A stretch of 64,000 nucleotides of DNA from Mayamaea pseudoterrestris. Its lineage: Eukaryota. The position numbers were made by a program, and so were the translations under genes. Position 1 is the first letter of the stretch. Each line of letters begins with the position of its first letter. Shown piece by piece: positions 48,601 to 61,000 of the stretch. Location of the stretch: positions 1,736,001-1,800,000 of the forward strand of contig BROI01000002.1 of the NCBI GenBank assembly GCA_027923505.1, given 5' to 3'. The notes beneath the pieces are model-generated. The model had not been told where the DNA came from and made no database searches. It saw only the letters and a list, made by a program, of their open reading frames with translations.

Positions 48601-49902
48601 CGAAAGACTCGAAAGCTTGTCCAAGCTATGACAGAGGAACAATTGCTGACTTTGCCTGACGCCAACGTCAATATGCCCGTGTGGACTGCGAGGATCTTGC
48701 ATTCTGCTGCGTCCTATGGCTGGCGCTATGGCAATCAGCAATTTGCTGAGCTAGTAACCTTGAGAATGATGCGCTTCACTTTGAGTTTCGGCAGTTGTGA
48801 ATTGACGCCGTTAGCCTTTGCTGGATACGGGGTCATATCTGCTAACTACGGGAATTTAGCGGAAGGACGATATTTCGCGGAACTTGCACTCCGCCAAATA
48901 AAAACCAAGTCCTCAATTCCTGCCGTGGGGTTGCTTGTGCATTTGCATTTGTCACATTTGGTGCAACCAGCGTGGGCAAGCTTGGAGCCCCTGTTAATTT
49001 CCTACCGATCGGGGTTGGAAATCGGAGATCTCAACTTTGGTGCACTCGCCATCCAGGCCTACGCTAGCTTGTACTTGTTTTGTGGCCTTCCGCTCAACAC
49101 ATACGTTCTAGACATGCAGACATACTGTCGCCAGCTTCGGTATTGCAACCAGATAGATGCCATGACAGGCACCCTGCCACTGCTGCAAGTTGCTTTGAAC
49201 TTGACGGGCGAGACAAACGACGCGTTTGACTGTTCGTCGACAGCCTGCGCGACACAACAACCGCTTGGCAAAGATGTAGAGCTACAGCTGCAGCCCGAAA
49301 CGCTTTTACATCTTGATTACGCCCAGTTGTTCAATGCTTACGTTCTCAACTCGGTGCAAGTAATGCGTGAAACGGCCCGCCGACCGAATTGTTCTCAGTT
49401 GCAGGCCCTGCATTATATGAACATCTTCTACGTCTTAATTGATGGCCTCGTACACTTTGGTCTCTACCGAGCAGACAAACGGAAGGCTGACCTGACAGCA
49501 GCAAGGCGAGCAATGAAGCAAATTGAATGGGCTAGCAATCGGTCGGTAAATTGCCTTGGCCTCCTGCTCCTACTGCAGGCCGAGAAGACATCCATCAAAC
49601 ATTATGCTGACCAACAAATGGTCAAGCAAGTCTACCAACGCGCCATTACGGAGTTGCAGCACAGTGGCTACGTACATTTCTCCGCCATTGCCAATGAGCG
49701 GGCGGGCGAATATGCGCTTGCTTGCCGCGATCAAAGCTTGGCCGAACAATACTTTTCGTCTGCTGTCGAGCTGTACAACGAATGGGGTGCCACTGCCAAA
49801 ACCAAGTTAATGTCTAAACAGCATGCTTTTTTGAACATTGACGAGCGCGCCGACGAGTTGGTCGTCTCCTCTGACCCCGCGAGTGCTTGGTCATTTTTGT
49901 AA
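45689..49902 (+). CDS. P-loop ATPase + helical/TPR protein (COG3899-like, STAND-related); apparent frameshift at ~46091, intron 47997-48057
   Basis: LFGR, GPSGCGKTS Walker A, GQFD..VPYAAI, WFLDDFQWAD Walker B, KTDGNPCFV, FAHD; GTAAGT..CTAAC..TAG intron; C-terminal AIANERAG...YNEWGATAK. Confidence 0.82.
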
Positions 49903-50084
49903 AAAGACTCAGCTCTATGAGGTATGACACGATCCGTAAACAGTGATAACAAACACATTCTTTATCTATAATTGGTTTTTAACTCGTCTATAACCGAACG
50001 TGTTGACAGTGAGTGCAACCGCTGGCTCGCGCTTCTTCTCATGAACCTCGGCAACAAAATCCGTCATGATGTGTGTATATATAT

Positions 50085-51219
50085 CTAAATAAACTCTCGA
50101 TCCGGTCCTCGAATATCCATGGACAGTGGATCCGACGCGTCGCGAAAACCCTTGGGCGACGTTCGCTTACGTCCATACTCCGCGTGCAGGTCGAGCTCGT
50201 GGCGGCCCGTGAGCAGCTGACCAAACGACCGACCGCTCTGCACCTTGACAACCAAAACGACGACAAGACCAGTGACTAGCAGCACGCCCATGGCGACTCC
50301 GAATTTGCTCTTGCCGCTGGAGAGTGCGTCGTTGCTGCTAGTACTCGCTGGTTCAGCAAGCTTAGGAGCATGGTAGCCGGTATTTTCGTACGGATTGTAC
50401 ATGGTCGTTGGAGACTGCTCACTGCTTTGTTCGACGTTTGCCCTCGTCGGTATCATTGTTGGAAATGCAGTAGTCGTTGGTTGGCTTGACGGGGTTGTGA
50501 CTTGATGTTGCTCATCATGCTTCGATAATGGCGACGGAGAAATTGACGGCTGTTTCGATGGCAGCAATGGCTTCCTATATTCATCATTTGTTACTGCGGA
50601 CGGCTGCGCTGAAATAGTAGGAGCCTGATTGGCTAGTGTATTCGCGGATGGTCGAAGCGTGCTGGTCGGAGATAAGGTCATTGTCGGTGAATATGATGGA
50701 TTATTAGCCTCATTTTTCAATGGCGAAGGAGCCGGAGTCGGATACCTGCGTGAAGGAAGGGGCATGAAGCGATTACATGACCATGTGAGGAATAAAACGA
50801 ATACAGCTCGTAGAGGATGACTTGGGATTTGCAGAAACGTACCTACCGGTAGTGGCTGCTGGAGTATTGTGAATTGTTGGAGGACTCGTCGTGGTCGTTG
50901 ATTCTCCTTGGAAAGGAGACGGCTCACTCGGCGACGGCGCTCGCGTCGCATACGGCGCGCTTGCGGTCGGAGTAGCCGGCACATCCAAAACATCCACGTC
51001 GGTATTGAAATTGTAAGCGTCTTGTTGCTGCTGCTTATCGTTTCCTTGGTCATTCCTTGGAGGTGCCGTAAAGGTGACATCCTCCATCATTCGATGCCTC
51101 GTCGACGATGATGTATCGCTCGTCGTCGAAGGATCCACTGCAGGCGGATCCTGCAAGGTAAATGAGCTTCCATGCTTCACTATGATTAGGAGAGTTGAAA
51201 GAGTTTGTAGCCTCATCAT
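50085..51219 (-). CDS. Mucin-like Ser/Thr/Pro-rich type I membrane protein; exons 50843-51219 and 50085-50745
   Basis: Signal peptide MMRLQTLSTLLIIVKHGSS; GTACGT..CAG intron 50746-50842 joins TTGR|YPTPAPS; TM FGVAMGVLLVTGLVVVLVV. Confidence 0.78.
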
Positions 51220-51637
51220 GATGGAGTGTCTGTTTGTTACACTTGCTTGCTCGATGGCTTTGTTTGTTGTGATGAACGGAATGAATTTCAAAATCGACGA
51301 AAAGAAACGGTCTCCCGCGCGAGCCTACCTCGCGCCAGCCGCGTCTCGGTTTCGCTGCGACAATTATGCGACATTTTGCTCCCACCACGAAAATGCGCCT
51401 TCACAAATTCCGTCGTTCATTCCATCATCCATTCGAGCTGCGAGCAAAAGCTATTTTACTCCATCTATACTAAAAGTCAGAAGACATCTTACTGGACAAG
51501 AATCGTGGTTAATTTGCAGGTAGACTGCGAAGAAGGTCCCGGAAAAGCTAGTCGTTAACTGACAAGTGCAGTGTTCATTTCGCTCGGTCTCGCACGTCGC
51601 ACGTTGCTTCACAACCTTCTTTATAACAACAATAACA

Positions 51638-54600
51638 ATGTCAAGCAGCAACAAGCTGCATGCAATTTACGCGGCACTCGACAATTATCATTACGCCAAA
51701 GCTATCAAACTATGTCTACAGCAGCCTCCAAGCAACCTGTTGGTGCGAGTGTTGATGGCGCATGCCTTGGCCAAGTCGGGGCAGCGCTACAAATCTCTGC
51801 AAGTCGTCGCAGCCTTGCTGGAGGAACAGTTACAATACTTTTCAGAGCTCCAATTGGAACTAGTGTATGCGCAGTCACAGGAAGACTTGGATGCCAATGC
51901 GGCAACTGCTGCTGCTGCGTCGTTGGCGGCTCAACAATCACAGCAAATACAGTCAGTCGCGAAGAAGGGCAAGGCCAAGGGCAAGAAAAAGGCTACATCT
52001 GCAACTGCATCTCCAATAGAACCATGCTCAACAGCAGCAACTCCAGTGAAGCATTTGGACTGGATTGACCGACTGGATCATCCGCCGCGTCTACCGCAAG
52101 ATTGGGATCGCGTTCCACCGCCATTATCCGATTGGCCACTGTTTCACGACGAACATACGCTAGCTACATTGACGACGCTCATGTACCGACATTTGCGACT
52201 ACCATTGACTGCCTTTATGCTATACAAATGGGCAGTTGCATCATTTACAACACCGAGTCAAACGCTTTTGCGCAAGGCCTTCTTGTCGGGCTTGCCGGTG
52301 CTTGTGGCGCCGCAGTATGCAAAATCACAACAGCAGCCATCAAATGTCACACACGTCATCCTTCAAAGCATGCAAGCCGTGGCACTTCAGCTGGCTGGAC
52401 GTGTGCAAGGAACGGAATCGGTCTTGGCGCTCCAGTGGGCGGCGCAAGCCTGCACGTGGCAAATCGATTTGATGGAACGTCATGCGAATGAGGATGCAGC
52501 AATGACAACAAGCACCATGGCTCGACTCACCGAATTGCTAGTGGCGCGGGCTCTTGACAGCTGCAGCGATAGTGGCCAAGCATTAATGACAATGGACAGT
52601 GCCATTGCGAAGGATGAATCATCCGATTTTTTGCTGCAGTCAGAATGCTTCCTGCTGTATATAGATGCGCTGGATCGACAAGGCAAACTTGAGGAGAAAC
52701 TTCACGCTATTGTTGAACGTTTAAAAGGCAGCGCCACAGAAGAAAGTAATGAGAACAATAGGAATCGTGACAATCAACAACGCGGACAAGATCAGCAGCT
52801 TGTCTACCCACCCCGTCGTACATTGCTCGACTTGCAGGCGCAAACGCTCCAAACCATGGGCCGATTCGAAGAGGCGCTGGTGATTCTGACGTCGCAGCTG
52901 CAGCTATATCCTGACAATTGGTCCTTTTGGAAGCGACATGCCGAATGCGCGGCAAAGTTAGAGTCAGGCACTCAAGTTACTAGTGCATTTGCTTTTGAAA
53001 TGTTACAACAATCTGAAACAACTTGTTCCAGTGGCTTGCTGCTGCGTGGGCCTTGCTTAATTCGAGTCGAGCTGGCATATCAAAGTTGCTTACTCCAGCA
53101 ACCTGGATCGAATGACCAATTATTGGTCGCGAAATTAGTGGATGAAATTATTGTCTACAGCAGCCAGGTTGCGCCGCGTGCGCTGTGTTGCTATTCGGAT
53201 GTGGAGCCATATCTCAACTATATTTTGACGACGACATCTCATCCAACTCGCGAGATGGCTTCGCGTCGCCTCTTGGACTGGCTTCTGGACTTTCGATTGC
53301 CGCCAGTATCAGAGGATGGCAAGGAGCGACGCAGTGAGTTACGAAAGTACATTGTCGCCATTCAATTGACCCATAAAGTTGTTTCACACATGGAAAGAAC
53401 ATGTCAATTTGAGTGTTTGCCTGATTGGAAGGAGTATCTCAAAACTTGGGAAGAGTTCAAGGCGTACGACATTATACACGTGGATGACCCAAAGGAAAAC
53501 CGACCGGCCGACGAACTAATTCTTCTCGCCGTGCAGCAATTGCTCTTACAAGACTCAAGCGATGATGCGAATCTTGTATTAATCTCATTGATATTGGAGG
53601 CCGGTATGGAATATTCACCCTACAATGCCAGTCTCAAGATTGCAGCGCTGCGTGTGTATGGACTGCTCCATGCCGCCACACGAGCATACGACTTGTATCA
53701 ATGCCTCTTCATCAAGCACATTCAGTATGAGTCATGCGCCTACCTCATTCTCCCAATTCTGAGAGACAACGGGTTGTATGAAGAAACACTGGACGTCTGT
53801 AAGCAGGTCATGCGATTGCAGCGGATTTCGTTGAATGAAGCGGCAGACTATTCCGGCAGGGCCATGGAGAATGGTGCGCGGAGCAAGGCCGACGAGTTTG
53901 TTCAGTTTCAGCGCAGGCAATTGAGTCATAGCTTGACAGCGCTGGAAGCAAGAGGCTTGGTTCTTGACGCTGCACCAATGTTTGGACAAGCGGACAGCAA
54001 CTGGGTACCAGGTGCTTTTCATGGAATAATTGGGAGTGACATGGATTATGATCGAGCCACGGAAATGATTACGGAGGCGCACGACCCTCTGGGGGCGTTT
54101 GCCATTCTACAAGCCCAGAGGAATAGTGACAAAAACTATTGTCAATGGAGTGACAATCGTGATTTGGAAGTCTTGCCTCATGAGATTTTGTCACGCCGCA
54201 AGGTAGAATCGACCGAGGACATTGTGAGAGACGCTAGGCAGCGAGGACACGTACATGGCTTACTACTACGAGCGACTCTCTGTATTGCATCTTCGAAAGG
54301 TTTGAAGAAGGGCAAAGTTGTCGAACCAAGCGACGAAGCGAAAAGTCGTTGCGCGTGCCTACTAGCGGCCATTGAGGCATTTTCAAATGACTGTTGCGTA
54401 AGCGCCCCTTTGCACAAAGACCTGGTCAAGGCGTTGCTTTGTAGCTGCCGTGTGATTGCTGGATTGGATACGGGTGTGTTTCATGCCACCGATCAAACCA
54501 CTGTAACATCCCTTGCTGAGAAAGAATCAACGATCGTGAAGATACTTGAGGAGCAGCAGCTCGCATTGGAGTCGGCGATGAAGGAGCTATCGAGAATGGA

Positions 54601-54991
54601 AGGAGACGTGGTTTCTTTTGTGAGCCGACTACTACCAGAATGTGTCGTTCCAGTCTTTGCCTTGTGCCAAATAGTTTCAAAGCTGTTCAACCTTTATGGA
54701 TGGGGTAGAAGGAAGCGAAGCACAAAGCCATGCGCTGCGGCTCTTGCAAATGTCGCGAGCGCACTCGCTGCTCTGCTAGTTGTTGCCAGCAAGTCAGTTG
54801 CTGGCCTTCCCAAGGCTCACGAAGTGCCTGTTAACCTCGCACAAGGCGTCATAGCAGATATCATTAGCGTCAAAGTTTGTCGCGAAACAATATCGAGCAT
54901 TCGCCACTCGCAGGAGGTGACGTATGAACGTATTACAAGTTTGTGTCAGGAAATGAAAAAGAGTCTTGAAAGCTTCAACGTTCAAGAGTAG
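51638..54991 (+). CDS. NAA25: NatB N-acetyltransferase auxiliary subunit (NAA25/MDM20-like); probable start ATG 51638
   Basis: IYAALDNYHYAKAIKLC, PDNWSFW, LRGPCL, CCYSDVEPYL, PADELILLAV, SPYNASLKI, IKHIQYES motifs. Confidence 0.87.
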   Translation: MSSSNKLHAIYAALDNYHYAKAIKLCLQQPPSNLLVRVLMAHALAKSGQRYKSLQVVAALLEEQLQYFSELQLELVYAQSQEDLDANAATAAAASLAAQQSQQIQSVAKKGKAKGKKKATSATASPIEPCSTAATPVKHLDWIDRLDHPPRLPQDWDRVPPPLSDWPLFHDEHTLATLTTLMYRHLRLPLTAFMLYKWAVASFTTPSQTLLRKAFLSGLPVLVAPQYAKSQQQPSNVTHVILQSMQAVALQLAGRVQGTESVLALQWAAQACTWQIDLMERHANEDAAMTTSTMARLTELLVARALDSCSDSGQALMTMDSAIAKDESSDFLLQSECFLLYIDALDRQGKLEEKLHAIVERLKGSATEESNENNRNRDNQQRGQDQQLVYPPRRTLLDLQAQTLQTMGRFEEALVILTSQLQLYPDNWSFWKRHAECAAKLESGTQVTSAFAFEMLQQSETTCSSGLLLRGPCLIRVELAYQSCLLQQPGSNDQLLVAKLVDEIIVYSSQVAPRALCCYSDVEPYLNYILTTTSHPTREMASRRLLDWLLDFRLPPVSEDGKERRSELRKYIVAIQLTHKVVSHMERTCQFECLPDWKEYLKTWEEFKAYDIIHVDDPKENRPADELILLAVQQLLLQDSSDDANLVLISLILEAGMEYSPYNASLKIAALRVYGLLHAATRAYDLYQCLFIKHIQYESCAYLILPILRDNGLYEETLDVCKQVMRLQRISLNEAADYSGRAMENGARSKADEFVQFQRRQLSHSLTALEARGLVLDAAPMFGQADSNWVPGAFHGIIGSDMDYDRATEMITEAHDPLGAFAILQAQRNSDKNYCQWSDNRDLEVLPHEILSRRKVESTEDIVRDARQRGHVHGLLLRATLCIASSKGLKKGKVVEPSDEAKSRCACLLAAIEAFSNDCCVSAPLHKDLVKALLCSCRVIAGLDTGVFHATDQTTVTSLAEKESTIVKILEEQQLALESAMKELSRMEGDVVSFVSRLLPECVVPVFALCQIVSKLFNLYGWGRRKRSTKPCAAALANVASALAALLVVASKSVAGLPKAHEVPVNLAQGVIADIISVKVCRETISSIRHSQEVTYERITSLCQEMKKSLESFNVQE

Positions 54992-55047
54992 CCCGGCCAT
55001 GCACTCTGGTGTCATTTGTTGGCGATACTGAACTGCCTCTGCCACAT

Positions 55048-57142
55048 AGACTGCCATAATGGCCTGGAGACCCCAGAATATAAAAACATATATACATAGG
55101 AAAGAATTGAACCAATAGTCTTGTCAGTTGTGGTGTGGAACCCAGCATTGCGCCACGAGACTCCGCACATTCAACAAAGGGTTGAATGTGCTAACAGTGC
55201 ACCATGTTAGGCTACAGGATCATCAGTGGCACATCCAGCAACTTGTTGGATCTGCAAGCAGTGCACCTCAAGTGGCAAGCCAGACTGCTGGAATGGCCCA
55301 CAGAGACTAGAATACAACTAACATGAAGTTTAATAGAGAATGGGACTGCTAGTCTTGTCGTTTTGGGTGTGGAACCCATCACCGTGCCAGGAGACTCCGC
55401 ACATTCAACAAATGGTTGAATGTGCCAGCAGTGCACCCTTTTTGGCTACAGGGATCATCAGCATTGCCTGCTGAGCCCTCCAATTCCTTTCCATTCATGT
55501 TTGTTGACATGATGGGCTAGGCATTTTGACACATGCACCTCATTATCCATCACCATGGATGCTATTGGTGATACTTGGCAAATCCAGCAACTTGTTGGAT
55601 CTGCGAGCAGTGCACCTCAAGAGGCAAGCCAGACTGCCAGAATGGCCCACAGAGCCTAGCATACTACTAACATGAAGTTTAATAGTGAATGGGACTGATA
55701 GTCTTGTCGTTTTGGGTGTGGAACCCATCACCATGCCAGGAAACTCCGCACATTCAACAAATGGATGAATGTGCCAGCGGTGCACCCTTTTTGGCTACAG
55801 GGATCATCAGCATTGCCTGCTGAGCCCTCCAATTCCTTTCCATTCATGTTTGTTGACATGATGGGCTAGGCATTTTGACACATGCACCTCATTATCCACA
55901 CCATGGATGCTATTGGTGATACTTGGCAGATCCAACAACTTGTTGGATCTGCGAGCAGTGCACCTCAAGAGGCAAGCCAGACTGCCGGAATGACCCACAG
56001 AGCCTACAATACAACAAACATGAAGTTTAATAGTGAATGGGACTGATAGTCTTGTCGTTTTGGGTGTGCAACCCATCACCATGCCAGGAAACTCCACACA
56101 TTCAACCAATGGTTGAATGTGCCAGCAGTGCACCCTTTTTGGCTACAGGGATCATCAGCATTGCCTGCTGAGCCCTCCAATCCCTTTCCATTCATGTTTG
56201 TTGACATGATGGGCTAGGCATTTTGACACATGCACCTCATTATCCACACCATGGATGCTATTGGTGATACTTGGCAGATCCAGCAACTTGTTGGATCTGC
56301 GAGCAGTGCACCTCAAGAGGCAAGCCAGACTGCCGGAATGGCCCACAGAGCCTAGAATACAACTAACATGAAGTTTAATAGTGAATGGGACTGATAGGCT
56401 TGTCATTTGGGTGTGGAACCCATCACCATGCCAGGAAACTCCGCACATTCAACAAATGGTTGAATGTGCCAGCAGTGCACCCTTTTTGGCTACAGGGATC
56501 ATCAGCATTGCCTGCTGAGCCCTCCAATTCCTTTCCATTCATGTTTGTTGACATGATGGGCTAGGCATTTTGACACATGCACCTCATTATCCACACCATG
56601 GATGCTATTGGTGATACTTGGCAGATCCAGCAACTTGTTGGATCTGCGAGCAGTGCACCTCAAGAGGCAAGCCAGACTGCCAGAATGGCCCACAAAGCCT
56701 AGAATACAACTAACATGAAGTTTAATAGTGAATAGGACTTATAGTCTTGTTGTTTTGGGTGTGGAACCCATCACCGTGCCAGGAAACTCCGCACATTCAA
56801 CAAATGGTTGAATGTGCCAGCAGTGCACCCTTTTTGGCTACAGGGATCATCAGCATTGCCTGCTGAGCCCTCCAATCCCTTTCCATTCATGTTTGTTGAC
56901 ATGATGGGCTAGGCATTTTGACACATGCACCTCATTATCCACACCATGGATGCTATAGGTGATACTTGGCAAATCCAGCAACTTGTTGGATCTGCGAGCA
57001 GTGCACCTCAAGAGGCAAGCCAGACTGCCAGAATGGCCCACAGAGCCTAGCATACTACTAACATGAAGTTTAATAGTGAATAGGACTTATAGTCTTGTCG
57101 TTTTGGGTGTGGAACCCATCACCGTGCCAGGAAACTCCGCAC
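55048..57142. repeat. ~348-bp tandem satellite, block 1 (about 6 units; first unit degenerate and internally deleted)
   Basis: Unit GGATCATCAGCATTGCCTGCTGAGCCC...GGCTACAG recurs with a ~347-349-bp period. Confidence 0.97.
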
Positions 57143-58027
57143 TTTGCCATTCTACAAGCCCAGAGGAATAGTGACAAAAACTATTGTCAATGGAGTGACA
57201 ATCGTGATTTGGAAGTCTTGCCTCATGAGATTTTGTCACGCCGCAAGGTAGAATCGACCGAGGACATTGTGAGAGACGCTAGGCAGCGAGGACACGTACA
57301 TGGCTTACTACTACGAGCGACTCTCTGTATTGCATCTTCGAAAGGTTTGAAGAAGGGCAAAGTTGTCGAACCAAGCGAGAAGCGAAAAGTCGTTGCGGTG
57401 CCTACTAGCGGCCATTGAGGCATTTTCAAATGACTGTTGCGGAAGCGGCCCTTTGCACAAAGACCTGGTCAGGGCGTTGCTGCCGTGTGTTGCAGGTCCG
57501 TGTGGCTGATTGGATACGGGTGTGTTTCATTGCCACCGATGTAACATCCGCTGAGAAACAATCAACGAATCGTGAAGATACTTGAGGAGCAGCAGCTCGC
57601 ATTGGAGTCGGCAATGAAGGAGCTATCGAGAATGGAAGGAGACGTGGTTTCTTTTGTGAGCCGACTACTACCAGAATGTGTCGTTCCAGTCTTTGCCTTG
57701 TGCCAAATAGTTTCAAAGCTGTTCAACCTTTATGGATGGGGTAGAAGGAAGCGAAGCACAAAGCCATGCGCTGCGGCTCTTGCAAATGTCGCGAGCGCAC
57801 TCGCTGCTCTGCTAGTTGTTGCCAGCAAGTCAGTTGCTGGCCTTCCCAAGGCTCACGAAGTGCCTGTTAACCTCGCACAAGGCGTCATAGCAGATATCAT
57901 TAGCGTCAAAGTTTGTCGCGAAACAATATCGAGCATTCGCCGCTCGCAGGAGGTGACGTATGAACGTATTACAAGTTTGTGTCAGGAAATGAATAAGAGT
58001 CTTGAAAGCTTCAATGTTCAAGAGTAG
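57143..58027 (+). pseudogene. Duplicated 3' fragment of NAA25 (copy of 54098-54991) with clustered indels
   Basis: Near-identical to 54098 onward; frameshifting indels at ~57378-57570 and a few substitutions afterwards. Confidence 0.93.
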
Positions 58028-58083
58028 CCCGGCTATGCACTCTGGTATCATTTGTTGGCGATACTGAACTGCCTCTGCCACAT

Positions 58084-61000
58084 AGAATGCCATAATGGCC
58101 TGGAGACCCCAGAATTTAAAAACATATATACATAGGAAAGAATTGAACCAATAGTCTTGTCAGTTGTGGTGTGGAACCCAGCATTGCGCCACGAGACTCC
58201 GCACATTCAACAAAGGGTTGAATGTGCTAACAGTGCACCATGTTAGGCTACAGGATCATCAGTGGCACATCCAGCAACTTGTTGGATCTGCAAGCAGTGC
58301 ACCTCAAGTGGCAAGCCAGACTGCTGGAATGGCCCACAGAGACTAGAATACAACTAACATGAAGTTTAATAGAGAATGGGACTGCTAGTCTTGTCGTTTT
58401 GGGTGTGGAACCCATCACCGTGCCAGGAGACTCCGCACATTCAACAAATGGTTGAATGTGCCAGCAGTGCACCCTTTTTGGCTACAGGGATCATCAGCAT
58501 TGCCTGCTGAGCCCTCCAATCCCTTTCCATTCATGTTTGTTGACATGATGGGCTAGGCATTTTGACACATGCACCTCATTATCCATCACCATGGATGCTA
58601 TTGGTGATACTTGGCAGATCCAGCAACTTGTTGGATCTGCGAGCAGTGCACCTCAAGAGGCAAGCCAGACTGCCAGAATGGCCCACAGAGCCTAGCATAC
58701 TACTAACATGAAGTTTAATAGTGAATGGGACTGATAGTCTTGTCGTTTTGGGTGTGGAACCCATCACCATGCCAGGAAACTCCGCACATTCAACAAATGG
58801 ATGAATGTGCCAGCGGTGCACCCTTTTTGGCTACAGGGATCATCAGCATTGCCTGCTGAGCCCTCCAATTCCTTTCCATTCATGTTTGTTGACATGATGG
58901 GCTAGGCATTTTGACACATGCACCTCATTATCCATCACCATGGATGCTATTGGTGATACTTGGCAGATCCAGCAACTTGTTGGATCTGCGAGCAATGCAC
59001 CTCAAGAGGCAAGCCAGACTCCGGATTGCCCACAGAGCCTAGAATACAACTAACATGAAGTTTAATAGTGAATGGGACTGATAGTCTTGTCGTTTTGGGT
59101 GTGCAACCCATCACCATGCCAGGAAACTCCACACATTCAACCAATGGTTGAATGTGCCAGCAGTGCACCCTTTTTGGCTACAGGGATCATCAGCATTGCC
59201 TGCTGAGCCCTCCAATCCCTTTCCATTCATGTTTGTTGACATGATGGGCTAGGCATTTTGACACATGCACCTCATTATCCACACCATGGATGCTATTGGT
59301 GATACTTGGCAGATCCAGCAACTTCTTGGATCTGCGAGCAGTGCACCTCAAGAGACAAGCCAGACAGCCAGAATGGCCCACAGACCCTAGAATACAACAA
59401 TCATGGATTTTAACATGGACAGGGATTGGTAGTCCTGTCATTTTGGGTGTGGAACCCATCACCATGCCAGGAGACTCCGCACATTCAACAAATGGTTGAA
59501 TGTGCCAGCAGTGCACCCTTTTTGGCTACAGGGATCATCAGCATTGCCTGCTGAGCCCTCCAATCCCTTTTCATTCATGTTTGTTGACATGATGGGCTAG
59601 GCATTTTGACACATGCACCTCATTATCCACACCATGGATGCTATTGGTGATACTTGGCAGATCCAGCACCTTGTTGGATCTGTGAGCAGTGCACCTCAAG
59701 AGGCAAGCCAGACTGCCAGAATGGCCCACAGAGCCTAGAATACAACTTACATGACGTATAATAGTGAATGGGACTGCTAGTCTTATCGTTTAGGGTGTGG
59801 AACCCATCATCATGCCAGGGAACTCCGCACATTCAACAAATGGTTGAATGTGCCAGCAGTGCACCCTTTTTGGCTACAGGGATCATCAGCATTGCCTGCT
59901 GAGCCCTCCAATCCCTTTCCATTCATGTTTGTTGACATGATGGGCTAGGCATTTTGACACATGCACCTCATTATCCACACCATGGATGCTATTGGTGATA
60001 CTTGGCAGATCCAGCAACTTGTTGGATCTGCGAGCAGTGCACCTCAAGAGGCAAGCCAGACTCCGGATTGCCCACAGAGCCTAGAATACTACTAACATGA
60101 AGTTTAATAGTGAATAGGACTTATAGTCTTGTCGTTTTGGGTGTGGAACCCATCACCGTGCCAGGAAACTCCGCACATTCAACAAATGGTTGAATGTGCC
60201 AGCAGTGCACCCTGTTTGGCTACAGGGATCATCAGCATTGCCTGCTCAGCCCTCCAATCCCTTTCCATTCATGTTTGTTGACATGATGGGCTAGGCATTT
60301 TGACACATGCACCTCATTATCCACACCATGGATGCTATTGGTGATACCTGGCAGATCCAGCAACTTGTTGGATCTGCGAGCCGTGCACCTCAAGAGGCAA
60401 GCCAGACTGCCGGAATGGCCCACAGAGCCTAGAATACAACTAACATGAAGTTTAATAGTGAATAGGACTGATAGTCTTGTCATTTGGGTGTGGAACCCAT
60501 CACCATGCCAGGAAACTCTGCACATTCAACCAATGGTTAAATGTGCCAGCAGTGCACCCTTTTTGGCTACAGGGATCATCAGCATTGCCTGTTGAGCCCT
60601 CCAATTCCTTTCCATTCATGTTTGTTGACATGATGGGCTAGGCATTTTGATACATGCACCTTATTATCCACACCATGGATTCTATTGGTGATACTTGGCA
60701 GATCCAGCAACTTGTTGGATCTTCAAGCAGTGCACCTCAAGAGGCAAGCCAGACTCCGGATTGCCCACAGAGCCTAGAATACAACAAACATGAAGTTTAA
60801 TAGTGAATGGGATTGATAGTCTTGTCGTTTTGGGTGTGGAACCCATCACCATGCCAGGAGACTCCCCACATTCAACAAATGGTTGAATGTGCCAGCAGTG
60901 CACCCTTTTTGGCTACAGGGATCATCAGCATTGCCTGCTGAGCCCTCCAATCCCTTTCCATTCATGTTTGTTGACATGATGGGCTAGGCATTTTGACACA

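Noticed and set aside
55440..55500. Canonical hammerhead ribozyme around minus-strand CTGATGA and GAAA
   Set aside because: Could not form stems I-III with a correctly placed GAAA and NUH cleavage triplet
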